Source: Guillardia theta CCMP2712 (lineage: Eukaryota > Protista > Cryptophyta). From it: DNA of 64,000 nt. The translations under genes and the position numbers were made by a program. How positions within the stretch are numbered: the first letter of the stretch is position 1; the number at the start of each line of letters is the position of its first letter. The notes beneath the pieces were generated by a model that was given only the letters and a program-made list of their open reading frames with translations, did not search any database and was not told the DNA's origin. Shown here piece by piece: positions 24,101-38,299 of the stretch. The stretch spans positions 1-64,000 of the forward strand of contig NW_005434457.1 of the NCBI RefSeq assembly GCF_000315625.1, written 5' to 3'.

Positions 24101-25490
24101 CCCAGGCAGCCCAGGACGAAGCAGCAAGCGATGTAGGGGCGGACTTCGGACAGCTCGTGCCAAGCTGGGAAGGAGACGGAGGAACGGCAAGGGCGGGAAT
24201 GAAGCGGAAGGAACGGGAGGACACAGGGGAGCAGGCGGCTGGGGGAGAGGCGAGCCGGCAGGCAACCAGCCAGGGCAGCGGCGGGAAGGCGGTCGAGAAA
24301 GGGGTGAGGAGGTGGCGTCGAGTGTGCGACTTGTGCGGGGAGGGGCACCATTGGAAGAAGAAATGCTGGGAGACGGCGAGGGAGCTTGGACGTGGTCATC
24401 AGGGGGAGGGGAGAGGAAAAGAGACAGAGGTGGAGGTTGGTATGAGGACTGCGAGGACGACACCAGCGTTGGCATTGAGGAATCCTTCGTCTATGTCACA
24501 AGATCTGGTTCACTTCAAGATTCAACCAACAAACAGTGAGAATCGATCTCAAGTGGGTAACTTGTACTGGAAGCATGTTGGCCAATCCTCCTCAATGCAT
24601 GAACCTATGGTTGGTAAAGATTACGTCTGTCTTTGTGACATGTGTGGGAATTTTCACGATTGGAGGCAAAAGTGCAATCAAGCAAAAACGTTCTCGTCTA
24701 ACGCGGCAAACTCTCAACAAATGCTGTTTGGTCAAGACGATGACAGTGAATCAATGCCGAGATCTCAAGAGGCCGAAGAAATCGAACACCAGCAGGCTGC
24801 ACATGGGAACATGGAGCTTGTAAATGCTGCTTCAAGTTCAAACAGTACAAGTCGAGGAGCCGAAATTGATCTTCCTGTGGCTCCTAATGCCAAGAAGGGA
24901 AGGTCAAAATATGTGTGGAAGTTGTGCGAGTTCTGCGGGGAAAGACACCATGCATTGAAAAATTGCTCTGGCCAGGTCGTTTACGATGTGTGTCTTGTTT
25001 GTGGGGAGCGGCATCACTGGAAAAGGAATGCTTTGAGTTGAACTTTGACTCAAGTCGCGACTCATCAAGGAGGCAGGAAGAAGGCGCAAGGTCAGCATCC
25101 CAGCACGACAGTCAGAATTCGGGGAAAAGAATTTACTCCTACACGAAAGTCTGCCAGCTGTGCGGCGAGATACATCATCACAGGAAGAAATGTTTGGGCG
25201 TTCGCAACCCGGTGCGGCAACCTTCTACGGAGAGCCAAGTCACCAACAACAGACCAGAGGTCGAGGAGACAAGCGACCCGCCAGTCCCTGATCAGGTGAC
25301 TTCCACCTTGTCTTGCATGCCACCTGACTCACTCCAGAAGTCCAACGTGCTGAGAATCATCGGAGAGATTCGTGAGGAAGCTCGCATTGCCACAGCTGAA
25401 ATTGAGAGACAGGCGAAGCTGCATAAGGAGCAGATCCGTGCTGACTCCATCCGGCTCATCAATCAACTTCGCCAAAGCATCGGCCAGTGA
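21182..25490 (+). CDS. Large acidic protein with tandem CCHC zinc-knuckle repeats (gap at 23914-24013; 1-nt frameshift near 25025)
   Basis: At least 10 C-x2-C-G-x2-H-[H/D]-x4-C motifs (e.g. CDLCGEAHHWKKKC, CEFCGERHHALKNC, CQLCGEIHHHRKKC). Upstream exons are likely from ~20860. Confidence 0.75.
22875..24380 (+). repeat. Coding tandem repeat with 333-bp and 177-bp units
   Basis: Anchor GGTCGAGAAAGGGGTG at 22891, 23224, 23401, 23578, 23911 (truncated by gap) and 24291. Spacings are 333, 177, 177, 333, then a gap. Confidence 0.9.
23914..24013. other. Assembly gap (100 N) inside the repeat array
   Basis: N run. Confidence 1.
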
Positions 25491-25561
25491 CACGGAGAAG
25501 AAATTAGCTGGGGTTACTCACCCACCTCTTGTCACATATCTCTAGCTTTACTATACATGCA

Positions 25562-28500
25562 CTATAGAAACTCTGGCGAAATCTCTATTCGGTCTATGGA
25601 TACATCTAAACTTTCTGCCAAAGCAAAGCGCAGAGTCTCAAGGTCGGACTCCCTGGTCAGCCCGTCCAGCACAAGAATCAAAGTGTCACTCTCTTCCCAG
25701 TCAGAGTCGAACTCCATCTCTCCCATCATGGCGTCCCAGGGGACAAGCGTCTCGTCATCGATCGCCACTGGGATCCTCTCGAGCTTGTACTCGTACTCCT
25801 TCTCCTCCGCAGCTTTCATCGCTAGATTCTGCTGAATCCTCTGTAGCTCGCTATGACCAGCCACAAGGTCCTTGAATTTCTCATCGAGCGTGTCATTGTA
25901 GTGCATCAGATCCATCTGGGTCATGCTCCTCCTCGCTAGCTCCTGGTCCCTGGCCCTCTGCAGCAGCACAGCCCCCAAGTCCATCTGCTTCTCGATGAAC
26001 TGAATGGCCATGCGCGTCTCGGTGATGATTTCTGAGACGATCTCGCTCACGTTGGCGTGCATGGACTGCCGTCTCAGGTTTCGCTGGGCGAGAAAGTCGA
26101 TAGACAAGGCAACCACCGCGATGATGACGGAGTTGAGCACACCGGTGCTGATGCTACTAGTGTCCGTGAAGGTGGTGAAGCTGATAAGCAAGAAAACGTC
26201 AAGCACGATCACAGAGAGCAGCAGCAGCCAGATGGAGTTGATGTGCGAGCCCAGGGAGACCTTCTTTCTCATCAACATCCTGTTCACGTTCTTCTTTATC
26301 AGAGTGTCTAGCGACTCCTTCGGGATCTGGGGCGTTTTTCTCTTGAACAGCATCTTCGATTGTTCTCCAACAGAGACCCGTATGCGGCCGTAGAGCTTCT
26401 TCCTAGTCAAGGAGTACCTCCCGATGACAAAGACGATTCCGAACACAGCAACTACGTAAGGAAGGAAGAAGGCTGCACTGAAGAAGAGACCAAAGATGAT
26501 CCAGGTCAACACGATGAAGAAGTAATAGGCAGAAGCTGTGAAGATTAACGTCAGCCCGGTGTACCAAGCTCTTCGCAGGTATTTCCTCCAAGGGCTCCAG
26601 CGCAGGTTGCCATAGAAGGCGTAGAGCTCAAAGAAGGAGAGAGCAAAGTAGACCACACAGACTCCGATGATGGCCCAGGAGCCGGCAGGCAGGGAAGCCT
26701 GACACGTCAGCTTGTCCGTCACTTCTGGACAGACGTATCGATGCGTGGCATCGCTCAGGTTGATTGCGAAGAGGATGGAAGGGACCGACGATATCGCTAT
26801 CAGTATCATGTGGGTCAGGAATATCGAAAGCTGTTCATAAAGGCTTTGAGCGTGATCCGCCTCAGTGATTAGAGTATCGATGACATAGAACAAGTTTGTC
26901 TTTGCGTAGAACTGATCGTACAAAGAGTCCACGACCTTCTGATACTGTTCGTTGTTTGGGTTCATCTTGGAACCCTCAAAGAGCTGTCGCACTGACAGCT
27001 CGTCTTCGATCGCTCGCTCTCGCAACTGATCCACCCCTACTCGGATTTTGAATCCCAAGTAGACCATCAAACCAATCGCCAGAACAAGCGGCAGGCCGAG
27101 ACCGAGCAGCAGGATGATAATGACGAAGGAACTGTTGGACCGTTGAATGCTCGTGGCTGTGATTTGACCCGAGAAAGGATCGTGTTGAAAGCTTATGTAA
27201 GAGTTGGCATCTAGACGATACACGAGAATGCTGTTCGAAGCCATGTTCTCTCCATCGATGGTAGAGAAGATGAGCTGGTAATATTGAATCAGATAATCTA
27301 CGTTCCCCACAGACGACCTTCGCTTGGCTGGGAATTCGATCGTTTGATTCGGCATAGTGTATCCCTGAGCAGCGTTGGGCCCGAGGTCAACGGTAGGGCA
27401 GAGAGATGGTTTGACGTCGACGTTCACCGTCTTGTCCTTGGGGTCAAGCAGCCCAAACGACACCAAGTACAACAAGAACCTGGGGAGCACGAGATAACGA
27501 AAGCTCGACGTCCACACGAAGGAGCCAGTCGGAGAGCCCGGGCCATGGAGCTTGATCTCATACCACTCGACCTGAGGGCGGTTGCTCTCGCCGGGGTGAA
27601 AGTCCAGATGGAGAAATGAAGCTGATGTGTTTTGAAACGCCAGCGTGCGGCTGCCATAGATGCCATCGTAGACGTAAAGCTTGTCAAGCGCCTGGTTGCC
27701 GGACATGGGAGGCAACCTCGAGGTTGGGATGCTCGAGAAAAAGATCTGACCCCCCGTTGACATCAAGTTGACTTGAACTCTTGAGGTGCTCAGGTCATTC
27801 TTGAGCTCATATGGGATCAAGGTAGCATAACTGTTCTGTTGACAAGTCCATTCCCGTTCCAGCTGCGTCGTCGTTATCACGGCAGTGACAAGTTGTCCAT
27901 CAACGATCCTCGACACGTTTCTTGTGACTGAGACGTTTCGAAGAGATTCTTGACAGAAGTTGTCTAGTTGGAAGGCGGGGTCTTGTTTGCTCATGAAGCA
28001 CACGTCGTTCACACGCTGTTCGTACTGCAGGCTGTAAGGCAGCAGCATTGAAGCATCGTCGCTGACTGTAACCTCAATGTCAGCGTTGGCGGTCATTGCA
28101 GTGATCGACTGAAACGTGCAATTCTCAAGTATCACAAAACCGTCATTCAACCCAGGAATCATGATCATTCTTGCTCTGATGTTGTAAAGCTCAACCTGCA
28201 TGAAGGTTCCAGCCAAACTCAAGGAGTTTGGTCCGAAGTTTAAAGTGTCGTCAGTGTTGAGCATCTGAATCACAGATGGCTTGGAGCCCACATTCGAAAT
28301 CGATGTGATTGGAATGATGTGATTAGGATCGGGAGAGATGTGAATTTGAATTTCGCAGTCATACCCCACATATCGTGTCAGTTCTGCTCTAGTATTGTGG
28401 ATGCGAACATATTGGTCTGCTGAACAGAAGTCAGTCAAGACAGACACTGCTGACCCTCCACCCTGGGGACTGACACGGAAAGACAACGAAGTTGGATCAT

Positions 28501-31500
28501 ACAGCCCTATGCTCGGTACTTTGACGAAGTTGACTTTACATCCGTCGGTCTGTATAGAAATACTTGTTGCTCTTTCCAAAGTCTGCACAACCTCGTTCGT
28601 GTTGTTCAAGGACGAAATAAGCCCTGGTATCAGACACGCCAACACTATGACTATCACCAAGTAAAATATTTTGCCCATGTGAGCATTTTCTTGGGGACTG
28701 AAGGATATATGTTGTGTCGACCTAAGAAAGTTTTCTGACAGCTTGACCAAGTAGATTGGGAAGGTTCCATGGTTTCGCCTAGCCCACATGAAGAACAAGT
28801 ACAAGAAGACAATGAGCACAAACAGCAGAGGCGCACCCGTGCTGGTAGTCTGCCACGTGTTGACTTGACGAGGAGTACACATGTTCCATGAGTAGCATCC
28901 AGTGTCATCACAGTAGGTCGAGCAAGTTCCGTATCGAGGGGGCCCACCTATACTGGCTGCTTCCAGACACTTTCCTTTCCCTCCACAAGCCGACGGGCAC
29001 CAGCCGCACTTCTGAACCCTCTGCTGTATGCAAGCAGCACACGTCGAAGCGACGCAAGGCTGCGATCGTGTGACGACAATGTTGAGGGTGTAGGTGACAG
29101 CAGTTTCGTTCCTCCCGTTGAGGTTGATGCCGGTGCAGCCGTTGTCGTTGAGCTTGAAGCGAATCGCTTCAATCCCAGTGAACTGAGGGTCTGACTGATA
29201 CTGCAGGCGAGCCAGCATGGCATTGATGCCTGGCACAAGACCATAAAACGACACCGAAGGACCAGAAACGTTGGAAACAAACTTTACAGCTGGGGCAAGC
29301 GAGGCGTTCAAGAAAAGATTTCCGCCACTGAGGCCAACAGTCAGGAAGAAGAGCACAAGCGTGATCGGGCTGACCTGCTCGTCTGTATCGAGACGTTCAT
29401 CATGCAGCCTGGCGTATCCGCGATGTCGACGTCTTCGACCTCTACTTTGTTCAGAGAGGTCGTCTCGTTCTGCACTGCCTGCATCAATGGGAACGGGTTG
29501 CTGTAACGGACAGTTCCCTGGGTGTTGAAAGTGAACAACACCGGAGGGTTGTTCACTGCCTGGATCTGCAACGTCAACCACCTCGTCACGATCTGTTCTT
29601 TGAACGGAAGGTTGGTGGAGCAATACGCAAACATGACATCCGCTGGAACATCTGCTGGAGCGTTACATGGGTATCCAATGCCTACGTTTCCCAGGTCGTT
29701 CACTTGGAACGAAATGACCTACACAACAAAGTCAGCGTCATTCACACGAGGAGCAAGCAACCTTCTCCCCGTTGTCATACTGCGGAGGGTGATAGTAAAT
29801 GGCGTTAGAATCGATCAAGCTTTGAACATTCCTCATGACACCCAAAAGCACCAGAGAGCTTGCATTAGCAAAACCAAGCACATAATTTCCTGCCGTCAAT
29901 TGCAATATTGTATCTTGCACTGCTATTTCTGCTTGTTTGAGGGCGTTTGAGGATAGTTGCTGGAATCAACACAAGTGAGCAATCATCTCAACAACAAACG
30001 CAAACTTTCGACCTGATATAAAGAAGAGTCAACAAAGGTCTGCAAGCATTGTGCTTCACTGAGCGCCCCGAGAGCCATGGATGCTACAGAGCAATACAAT
30101 TTCACGCGCTCACACTCCGACGTCTGTGATTGGCAAACATCCGCAAGAGAAATACCATTCAGGCTCAAAAACTGATTGGACGGATTGCATGATATCTTCA
30201 TAATGCACAGTTGCAAGTAACTTTCTCTGGTGACGAACCCAAAATACTTAGCTAGCAGACTCCTCAGGTCGACGACAGAGCTTGAAGTCACGTTCATCGT
30301 GCCAGTGAGTCCGTCGATCTTCAAGGCGAGCCTTCCTTGTGCCTTCGCACAAGGCGCTGCTGCACAAGGCTTCTCGTTGATGTCCGGGTCACTCAAGATA
30401 AAGTTTGAAAGTCGAATGGTCTGATTTTCTAACGAACTCAAAGTGGAAGAAATGAAGGTGACGTTCGGTGGATCATTGACATTGATGATGTTGATCGGAT
30501 ACGTTTGATTGCTAGAATTCGAAATTTTGACACCGAAATTTCCTTGATCATCGCATGACACATGTAAAAACTCTTTTCCAAGGTTGTTTGTGTTGAAACT
30601 TTTTTCAGCATAATAGATCAAACGATCATTTATCACTTTTTGGACATTGGTGATGTTGCCAGACAACGAAATCTGATTGGTAGGAATCATTTTCTGACCA
30701 GCTGGAAACAAGCTGCTGAGGTATGGTACATTCCATGTGACGCTGATGCTGGTCACAGGGAGGTTGACGCAAGGTTCCTGCGGAGGGTTCAAACTCAGTG
30801 TGCATCTCACCTCCGAAAGAAAGCTCTCACCATCTCAGTATCAGATCCATACCAACCGGGAGGACATGTCGGGCGATTTAAAGTTTGGTTGGCCCAGAGA
30901 GATAGCTGAGAATTATTCAAGTATGCTGCGCACTGCGCCCCCCATTCATACAGTTGTTCTTCACTGATCTTCGATCCAGGTGGCTTCACTTCGCATCGCC
31001 CCAGCAGCAGACTAAAAATACCATGTTCAACACTGAGCGCTACAGAGACTGAGAACTCGATTCCGCTCTTCTTCATCAACTGCTCAGTTGCAAGCGAATA
31101 GTCTGGATCAATGACTTTTAACTTGTTGAATCGCAAAGAGCCTCCCTCGAGCAGGTTGAAACCAAGAAATTTCACTTGGACGTCATCCACCAAAACCATC
31201 TGACCATTAGGGTTCCCTCGAGAGTGAGAAGAAGCCCTCAGCACTAGCGGGTATGAGTTTCTTGAGTGATGAATGAAATCAGTATAAGCAATGAGGAGTA
31301 TCAAGGGACTGACCTGTACGACGTGAAAGAAGCAGAGTAGAACAGCTTGAAAGGGTTGGCAGGGTTGAACTCCAGACGGGAGGCGTTGATAGTGGGAGGA
31401 CTAACTTCCCAGGCGTTCATGTCCGAATGGTTCAAGAAGGCCTCGAAAGAGAAGGCTTCGTTCCCATTGGAGCTCACTCCTACCTGCATGGAGATCTGGA

Positions 31501-34500
31501 AAGAAGCTCCCAGCGTCAAGCCGTCAACCGTCTGATTGACATCGACCGCAGGAGAGGGGAGCATGTAAAGGTGCTGGAGGCCCTCGGGCGAGGCGAAGTC
31601 ACCGTCCCACCCGTCAAAAGAGATGCCTGCCAGCGGCGACATGGCCCAAGAACCCTCGCGTTGAGCTGGGCTTGACAAGACGCCAACGCAGGGTGTGGAT
31701 CCATTCGGTTGCAAAAAGGCGATGGAGCAATCGCGAACCCCCTGGCAGAGCGAGGGATGCTCGAACCCTGAGTTCTCCACAAGCCCATCGAGAGAGACAT
31801 GGCAGGGTTGGCTCTGAGGCACTATCTTGATGTTCGCCTTCCCTTCAATCCAGTTCAAGTGTTTCGAGCTGGTCAGCCCGCACGAAAAGTTGAGATTGAG
31901 CGGGTCATTCGGGTGCAGCTTATCTGAGACCATTATCTAGAGCACGAGACGTCAGCAAGCAAGCCAGAAAGAGTTCACATCTGTGCATCACCGACAGCGC
32001 TTCGCCGGTGGGAAGTGAGAGGTAGTTGCTGTTTTCCCGAGGCACATAAACAATGCTTTGAAGAGCATTCTACAGATGGGGTAAGGTTGTGCGATCGTGT
32101 CCGCCATCAGCGTACCTGGATGTCGCCTTGGAAGCCTCTCATTGCGAGTGACGAGCACAAAAGTCCAGGTGGCACAGTCTTGCAGATACAGGAACCTGGA
32201 GCTCCGACCTCGGCAGATGAAGTTGGGTCCCAAACACATTCGTAGCTGGTGGCACAGTCTCCTGCAGTAGCATGCATCGAACACTCTTCGTTCTTGCAAT
32301 CCGCTTGTAAAAAGAACGTAAGGGAGGAGGCTGATAGGGCATTCAAGGCTTCTATGGCGGCCTCCGATGCAGTTGGAATGAAAATTCTGCCGTACACAAC
32401 CTACAAAAACTTCACTCGATTGCTTCTGAGCCCATGTAGATACCTCCACGCGCAGCGTGAGTTGTCCATAGCCCTTTCCTAGATGTATACACTCATCCGA
32501 ATCTACATCAGCAATCCCAAGACCAGGGGAAAGAGCAGCTTGCGAGAGTTGCACTCTTGTGTTCTCCAAGATGGCGATCGGGTCTGTTGTTCTTGGGGTT
32601 GTGATAGTAGGAGGGTTGTTCACAGGAATGACGTTGACAGGAACTTGTAAGGTCGAGGCTGCCGACGAAAAGTCATATTGCCCGGTCTGATCGGATCCAC
32701 TGAACCCTTGGTCACTGACTACGATGGATATTGTTTCAGTACCAACGTTGCTGATTGTCAACCAAGACTTAGCAAACTTATGACACCCTCCACGAAATTT
32801 ACCTGTTAAAATATGGATCCCTTGCTGAAAGCTGATATCGGAGCAAATGTGTTGCTGCATTGGCATCAGCAATCGATGCCAAGAAGGACATCTCGGGCAT
32901 GAATTGACTTTGAGGGGACTTGAAGAATCGGAGGTTGTCAAACTTTGACAATGACAGGGATCCATGCTTGGCAGAGAGATCAAAGGTCAGCTGGGGACAC
33001 AGAGATGACAGGGAGTAACTCAATGATTCTCCTGTTGATACAAGTCACCCTGCTCACGAACAGACTATCACATCACCTTCAACTAGAGCTTTCGAGATGT
33101 TTGGCTTACAGTCAAGAGGAGCATCTTCAAATTCATCCACAATCTTCGTCATCAAGCTACCAAGAGGTATTGGTATCGTTGATCTTTCAAACACAGCTAT
33201 GTTGACGGATGAGTTCAGATCAAACGGAAGCCCTCCTGTGTTGGGTTGATGACAAGTGTATGGAAGGTTTGTGTTGGCACACTTCTGCCTACACCCCGAG
33301 GATAGTTTGCCTTGAAAGATAACACACGGCTTGTCGTTGACTGCCATCTAGAATACAAAGAATTAAAAAGAAAAATCACACTCTCACCATATCAAATATT
33401 CACATCCTCACAAGATCAAACTTTCACCCTCTCACAAGATCAAATTACCGAGTAGATGTTATAGAGCAAGACAGTCTTGTACTTGGTCATGCCAATTCCA
33501 CTCGCTCCATCATCATCAAAAGTGATTACAAGGTCGTCCAAAAAGGTTCCCATCTCTGCAGCCGTCGAGAAGGAATGAGAAGGAGAATTGGTCCTCTATG
33601 TAAGCAAGAGCATCAGCACGTCACCTTCGCCAGGAAGAGATGGTGGCTTACCTCATAGATTCTCTTCGCGCACTCCAGGCTACAACCCGAACTGCTTTGT
33701 ACACCAAGGAACACTGGTTCGGCTACATTATTGAGGAAGCATTCTCTCGGGCAATCTACATAGTCCGGGTTCGTTTCTGCACTGAATGCATTTGCGTATT
33801 GCAAGTTCTCATCAATGTTCGTTTGATAGACTGCATTCATCAAAGCCTGGCGAACATCAGAGGCATAGCCAGAAAACCTGACGACTTGATTTCGAAAGCC
33901 ATCGCCCTTTGTGAAGGTCAGATGAGGACGGATACTGTCTGGAATTGTGATGGTCCCGAGCCTTGAGGACACTTCGACCGTGAAGCGAGAAGTCCGCGAT
34001 TCACCAGGAATTGGTTCTGGCAAGATCTGGATCAGGTACGGACAAGTCTCATACCACCCTCGATTTCCACAATCTTCAAGAGCAACATATGCTGGCAGGT
34101 CCCCCTTGACAGAAAGTTCCCTCAACCAACTGTCTGCATACCATGGCTGCATATAGAGATTGGTCCTCCGTTCCTTCATAGGGATCACTCTGAGATTGGT
34201 GTAGGCCATGTTAGGAACGTAGCAATCTTGAGGTCCAAACAAAAGTTGTTGTTGCAGACATGACGAAATCGCTGAAATGTCAAGCACTTGAAGAGAGACA
34301 TTGCCCTTTTCTTCATTTAGGATGTTACTGAAATTTGTAAAGGATTGAACAGAAAAATCCCCCAAGACAAGGTTTGTCACCTGTTCAATCAGCAAGATTC
34401 AGCGATTGAATGATCAAGAATGAAACTTACGGTAAGACTGGCCTCAATCTGCACTACTGAATCCAAGTAGCCTTGGCCCTGTCTAAGTTGTATTCCACAG

Positions 34501-37500
34501 CTGGAATACGATTGATTGCCACGGAAAGTCAAGTTCATATTCGCGCCAGAGTAAACTTGCAATGTAGGGTTGAGATACTCATGATTTGCATCAATGTTGA
34601 AGTAGGGGGCAAAGAATCTCAAAGTTTCAACGACTGCAATAGGATTCAGTTGCAAACAGACGACCCCCTGATTCAAGGCATTGACGTTGGCCAGCAATGT
34701 TGGAACGTCTATGGACGAAGTTACCCAAGTAGCACTGTCCGTGTTGTAACTTGTGACACCCAACTCAGCGATGACATGAATTTGCAGATGGGTGCTCCAA
34801 GTGAACGTTTTTGTTGATGCCAGAATTGAACAAGAGACCAGATTGACAGAGAAGTTGCCTTCAACAGTGCATGCCCCCTTGCTGGTTGAAAATTGCTCAT
34901 CTTTACAATCGTACTTGTACAACGACAGGGAAATTTGTGCTGACAAATACGATTGCAGGACGTGAATTGAGTTTGAGATGTTATATCCCAAATAAATAAC
35001 TTTTCTTTTCCCCTGCATGCTGTTTAATTTCAGAAAGGAGGACTGGTTCAAGACCTACAAAAACACATGTAAGAAACATCATAAGCAACCGACTGCAACG
35101 AACCGGATCAGCGTCAGGTATTGCTTCATCCACATACTTGACTAGTGTGGCATTCCAGTAAATAAATGGCATGTTGTAGAGCAATGTGCAATTGTATTTC
35201 AAAAGCGGCAATGTGAGCTTTGCCTGAAAATCAAAATCAATGGGCACACAGCTTGTAGGAGTCAGACGACTCACCACATCACTCGCGAGCATGCTTTGAT
35301 ACAGGGGCTCAGGAGAGCGATACTGATAGGCATCGACATCTACTATGTGTGCGCCCACAATGGAAGTTTGACCAAACTGAAAGAGAGTGGCAGCTGAAGG
35401 CATCATAGCGAACGGGGGGTCATTTTGCGGCACAACTGTGACATTGATGTATCGCGTTGCAACGAATGGAGTGTCGTAAGGTGAAACCCCTCCTGACCCA
35501 GTGTCGTTCACCGTCACCGTCAAAAAATCTTGGGATCCGTACTGGACTGATGCTCACAAAACTTGTTTGTAGAAGATCAATCCCTTACCTCATAATTGCT
35601 GTTGGTCGCAGACAAATATTCCAGATTTTTCAAGAAAGCGTTGCATGCATCTAATCCATCGTGTATCCTACAGAAAGAGATTCAATGAACCTTAAGCAAG
35701 AGCAATCCAAACCTCAAATAATGCACAAAGGGCTCGAGCGACGACACTCTGACTCCACTTCCAGTGTTGTTCGTCTGTTGCAACATGTCAACGATCGCAG
35801 ACAGTGTGAAGATCGAGGTCACCTGGATCTCCAGGATGATCTTACTTCCAGACACATCGTTTGCATCATCTGATATAGAGATTGCTGGGTTATTAAGCCT
35901 TGAGGCTTTATCTTCTTGTATAACATATGCTGGGGCAGGAAAAAGAATAACAGGAGGGTCATTTACAGGCAGGACTGCAATCCGTACACCAGTGAGCATT
36001 GCATTCCCAGGGAATTTGAATTGAAGGTATTTCTGATACTGCGGGGGAAATTTTGAGTTCCAGTGAGGAACAGGGAGGTACTTCAAGGTGTTGATCTCGG
36101 TGGTCAATTCTCGGGCAGTCCCTTGCAAATTGATTGTTGCTGCAGATTGAGCGGTCGCAGTGTAGGATCGACCTGCCAAGATCAAAATCTCTCCAGCAGT
36201 GACGTTCTCGGAGCCAGCAACCTTGACAGAGATGATTACACTTGTGGTCCTGCGACATTCTTAGTGGAAAAGGTGGAAAGCAACAGTCACATACCCGAGC
36301 GGCCCCTCGACCAAGAGCGATCCATTTGTAAAGGTGCAACTTTCATTCGTTTTTGAGTTGTCGAGCAAAGGAGAATTCTCCCAGCAGCTCATCTCGACGC
36401 TGTTGAAAGGGTACCTCTCCAGTCGATGTTCACCGAGGGTCTCGCACACACCACCGGCAGAGAGAGCAGGAGATGACCCGATGCACTGTAAGGCAAGCGA
36501 ATCGTCAGACCGGTTGGCAGAGATTGAAATGACTCGTCGGCACTTACCGGGCCATCAGAAAACAAGACGCCAACAGTGAGTCCCGATGCGGAGACGATGT
36601 GCTTCTTCGAGTATTCGTCTCCCAGGTACCGGACATAGAACCCGGAACATTGCGCGGCTGTACACATGGGCAGAAAGCATACTCCCCCGCACACTCCACA
36701 GGAGTCGAGAATCATTCCACTAGAAAAGACCCCATCACAACCAAGTTGACACCTGTCAAACCCTCCACATTTGTTGCATTTATCGCAGACACTTCTCACC
36801 GTCGGCACCCCATACAGACTAGCGAATTGACCAATGTTCGCGAAAGGAGCAGACGCTACCGTAGGAACATCAACAACTCCAGCGCAATCCGTAGGCTCCA
36901 TCACGATCGCAAAGATGTTCGAGGAGAGAGCCTTGGGAGGACTTGCTTCGTTATCAAACGTGCATGATACCATGGTTTCCGGCGGCGGGAGGACAACTCC
37001 ATCCAAGATTTCGCAGAAGTCGGACACGTTCTGATGTGACAAACTTCTCTTGTAATGAAGCTTGTACCACGATCCTTGCTCTCGAGATTCGAACCAGAAC
37101 CATTGTTGGCAGGTAGCCTGAAAGTAGACGTGCTGATAAGAGAAAGGCCCAAGACCTGCCCCCACAGGAAACGACTTCATGGCTGAGCTCCAAGGAACAT
37201 GGAAATCTAGTTTCAGTTCGACGTACGGAATGTAATTGCGATTGGTGCTTGCTTCGTAATGATCGATCCAAAGAGGACAAACCGACGAGTCTATAGGATA
37301 AGGTAGACCATACTCCTCCTGCGCACTTCCATTCATGATGTTGTCTGAAGTCCTCGCAAGGGTGACATTGACCGGGTTGTAGAAGAAGACAACACAGCAC
37401 ATGTCCAAGTCTACCTGCGAAGACCATCCCTTCATAGTCACCCCGATGGCTCCACATCTGTCGGTAGACGGGAAAGTGAAGGACACGTTTCGAGGACTCC

Positions 37501-37891
37501 CAGACGCTCCGATCTTGTAGAAGGCAACCTGAAATGTTCTTGTCGAGTAAAACGTCGGACCACCTGGATCGTTCACAACAGCTGTCTTGAGGCTAGAGGT
37601 ACAAATAGACCTTGTAAAATTCTGTACAAAACTTAACATGGAGTAGACAGAATCAGTGTACGTGCTGCTGAGTTGTCTGCTGGATCTGATGTGCGTTTCA
37701 CCGCGAGCATGGCGCTCGAGAGTCTTGTTCGAGATTTCTGATTGGTCTCGATATTGACTTCTCAATCGCACAGGCAAATCTGATGCTTTGCCTTGCGATG
37801 GTGTCGTTGCGACAGGATGAACTTCAAACGTAACAAACAGAACACATGCTACCAGAAGGGGAGCTCCTGTGAACAGAAACCGTTGCTTCAT
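25562..37891 (-). CDS. Giant multi-exon cell-surface protein: signal peptide, Cys-rich GCDG..D.CGVCGG module, cadherin-like repeats, PSI-like domains, multiple TM helices
   Basis: Signal peptide MKQRFLFTGAPLLVACVLFV. Repeated xVNDPP/VNNPP/QNDPP/VNDKP motifs with D.G..G turns. PSI-like CAACIQQRVQKCGWCPSAC. About 9 hydrophobic segments between 26100 and 28830. All ORF fragments are colinear on the minus strand with short GT-AG introns. A single-gene model is inferred. Confidence 0.7.
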
Positions 37892-38299
37892 TCCATATGA
37901 GATTTGATCAAGATGGAATGATTGTGGCTCGGAAAACAAGAGTCAAACACCAGCTTTGAACGTTGTCATAGCAATCACTGAGCTGATTGTTTGATCTTTA
38001 CACTGTCATCTTGGAGGATAGATACCATGCACGCTCTACCATCGAATGCGGCGGCACCTGCATGGCAGCATCTCTATAGCCGCTGCTCTCCCGCTACCTG
38101 CCTCCTCCTCCTCCTCCTCCTCCCGCGTCTCCTCGCCATCCCGTCATGTTCCCCAGGCTGCGACCCTCCTCGTCAGTAGCCACCACTAGAATGGCCCCTC
38201 ATCCCCACACATTCCTCTTACTGGTCAGTCAGGGGATGAGGGAAGTCCCCCCAATATTGACGTTGTAGGTCGCTGGGCATGCGTGAACCTGAGGAAAGG

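Noticed and set aside
22875-24380. CRISPR-like repeat/spacer pattern
   Set aside because: The units are in-frame coding repeats with near-identical 'spacers'. The context is eukaryotic and there are no cas genes.
9205-25030. Frameshifts at ~9215, ~9882, ~10262 and ~25025 as programmed frameshifting or editing
   Set aside because: All lie in short homopolymers, so sequencing-consensus error is the simpler explanation.
38027-38179. Short ORF starting accATGCACGC like the micro-genes
   Set aside because: It lacks the conserved core and the promoter motifs.
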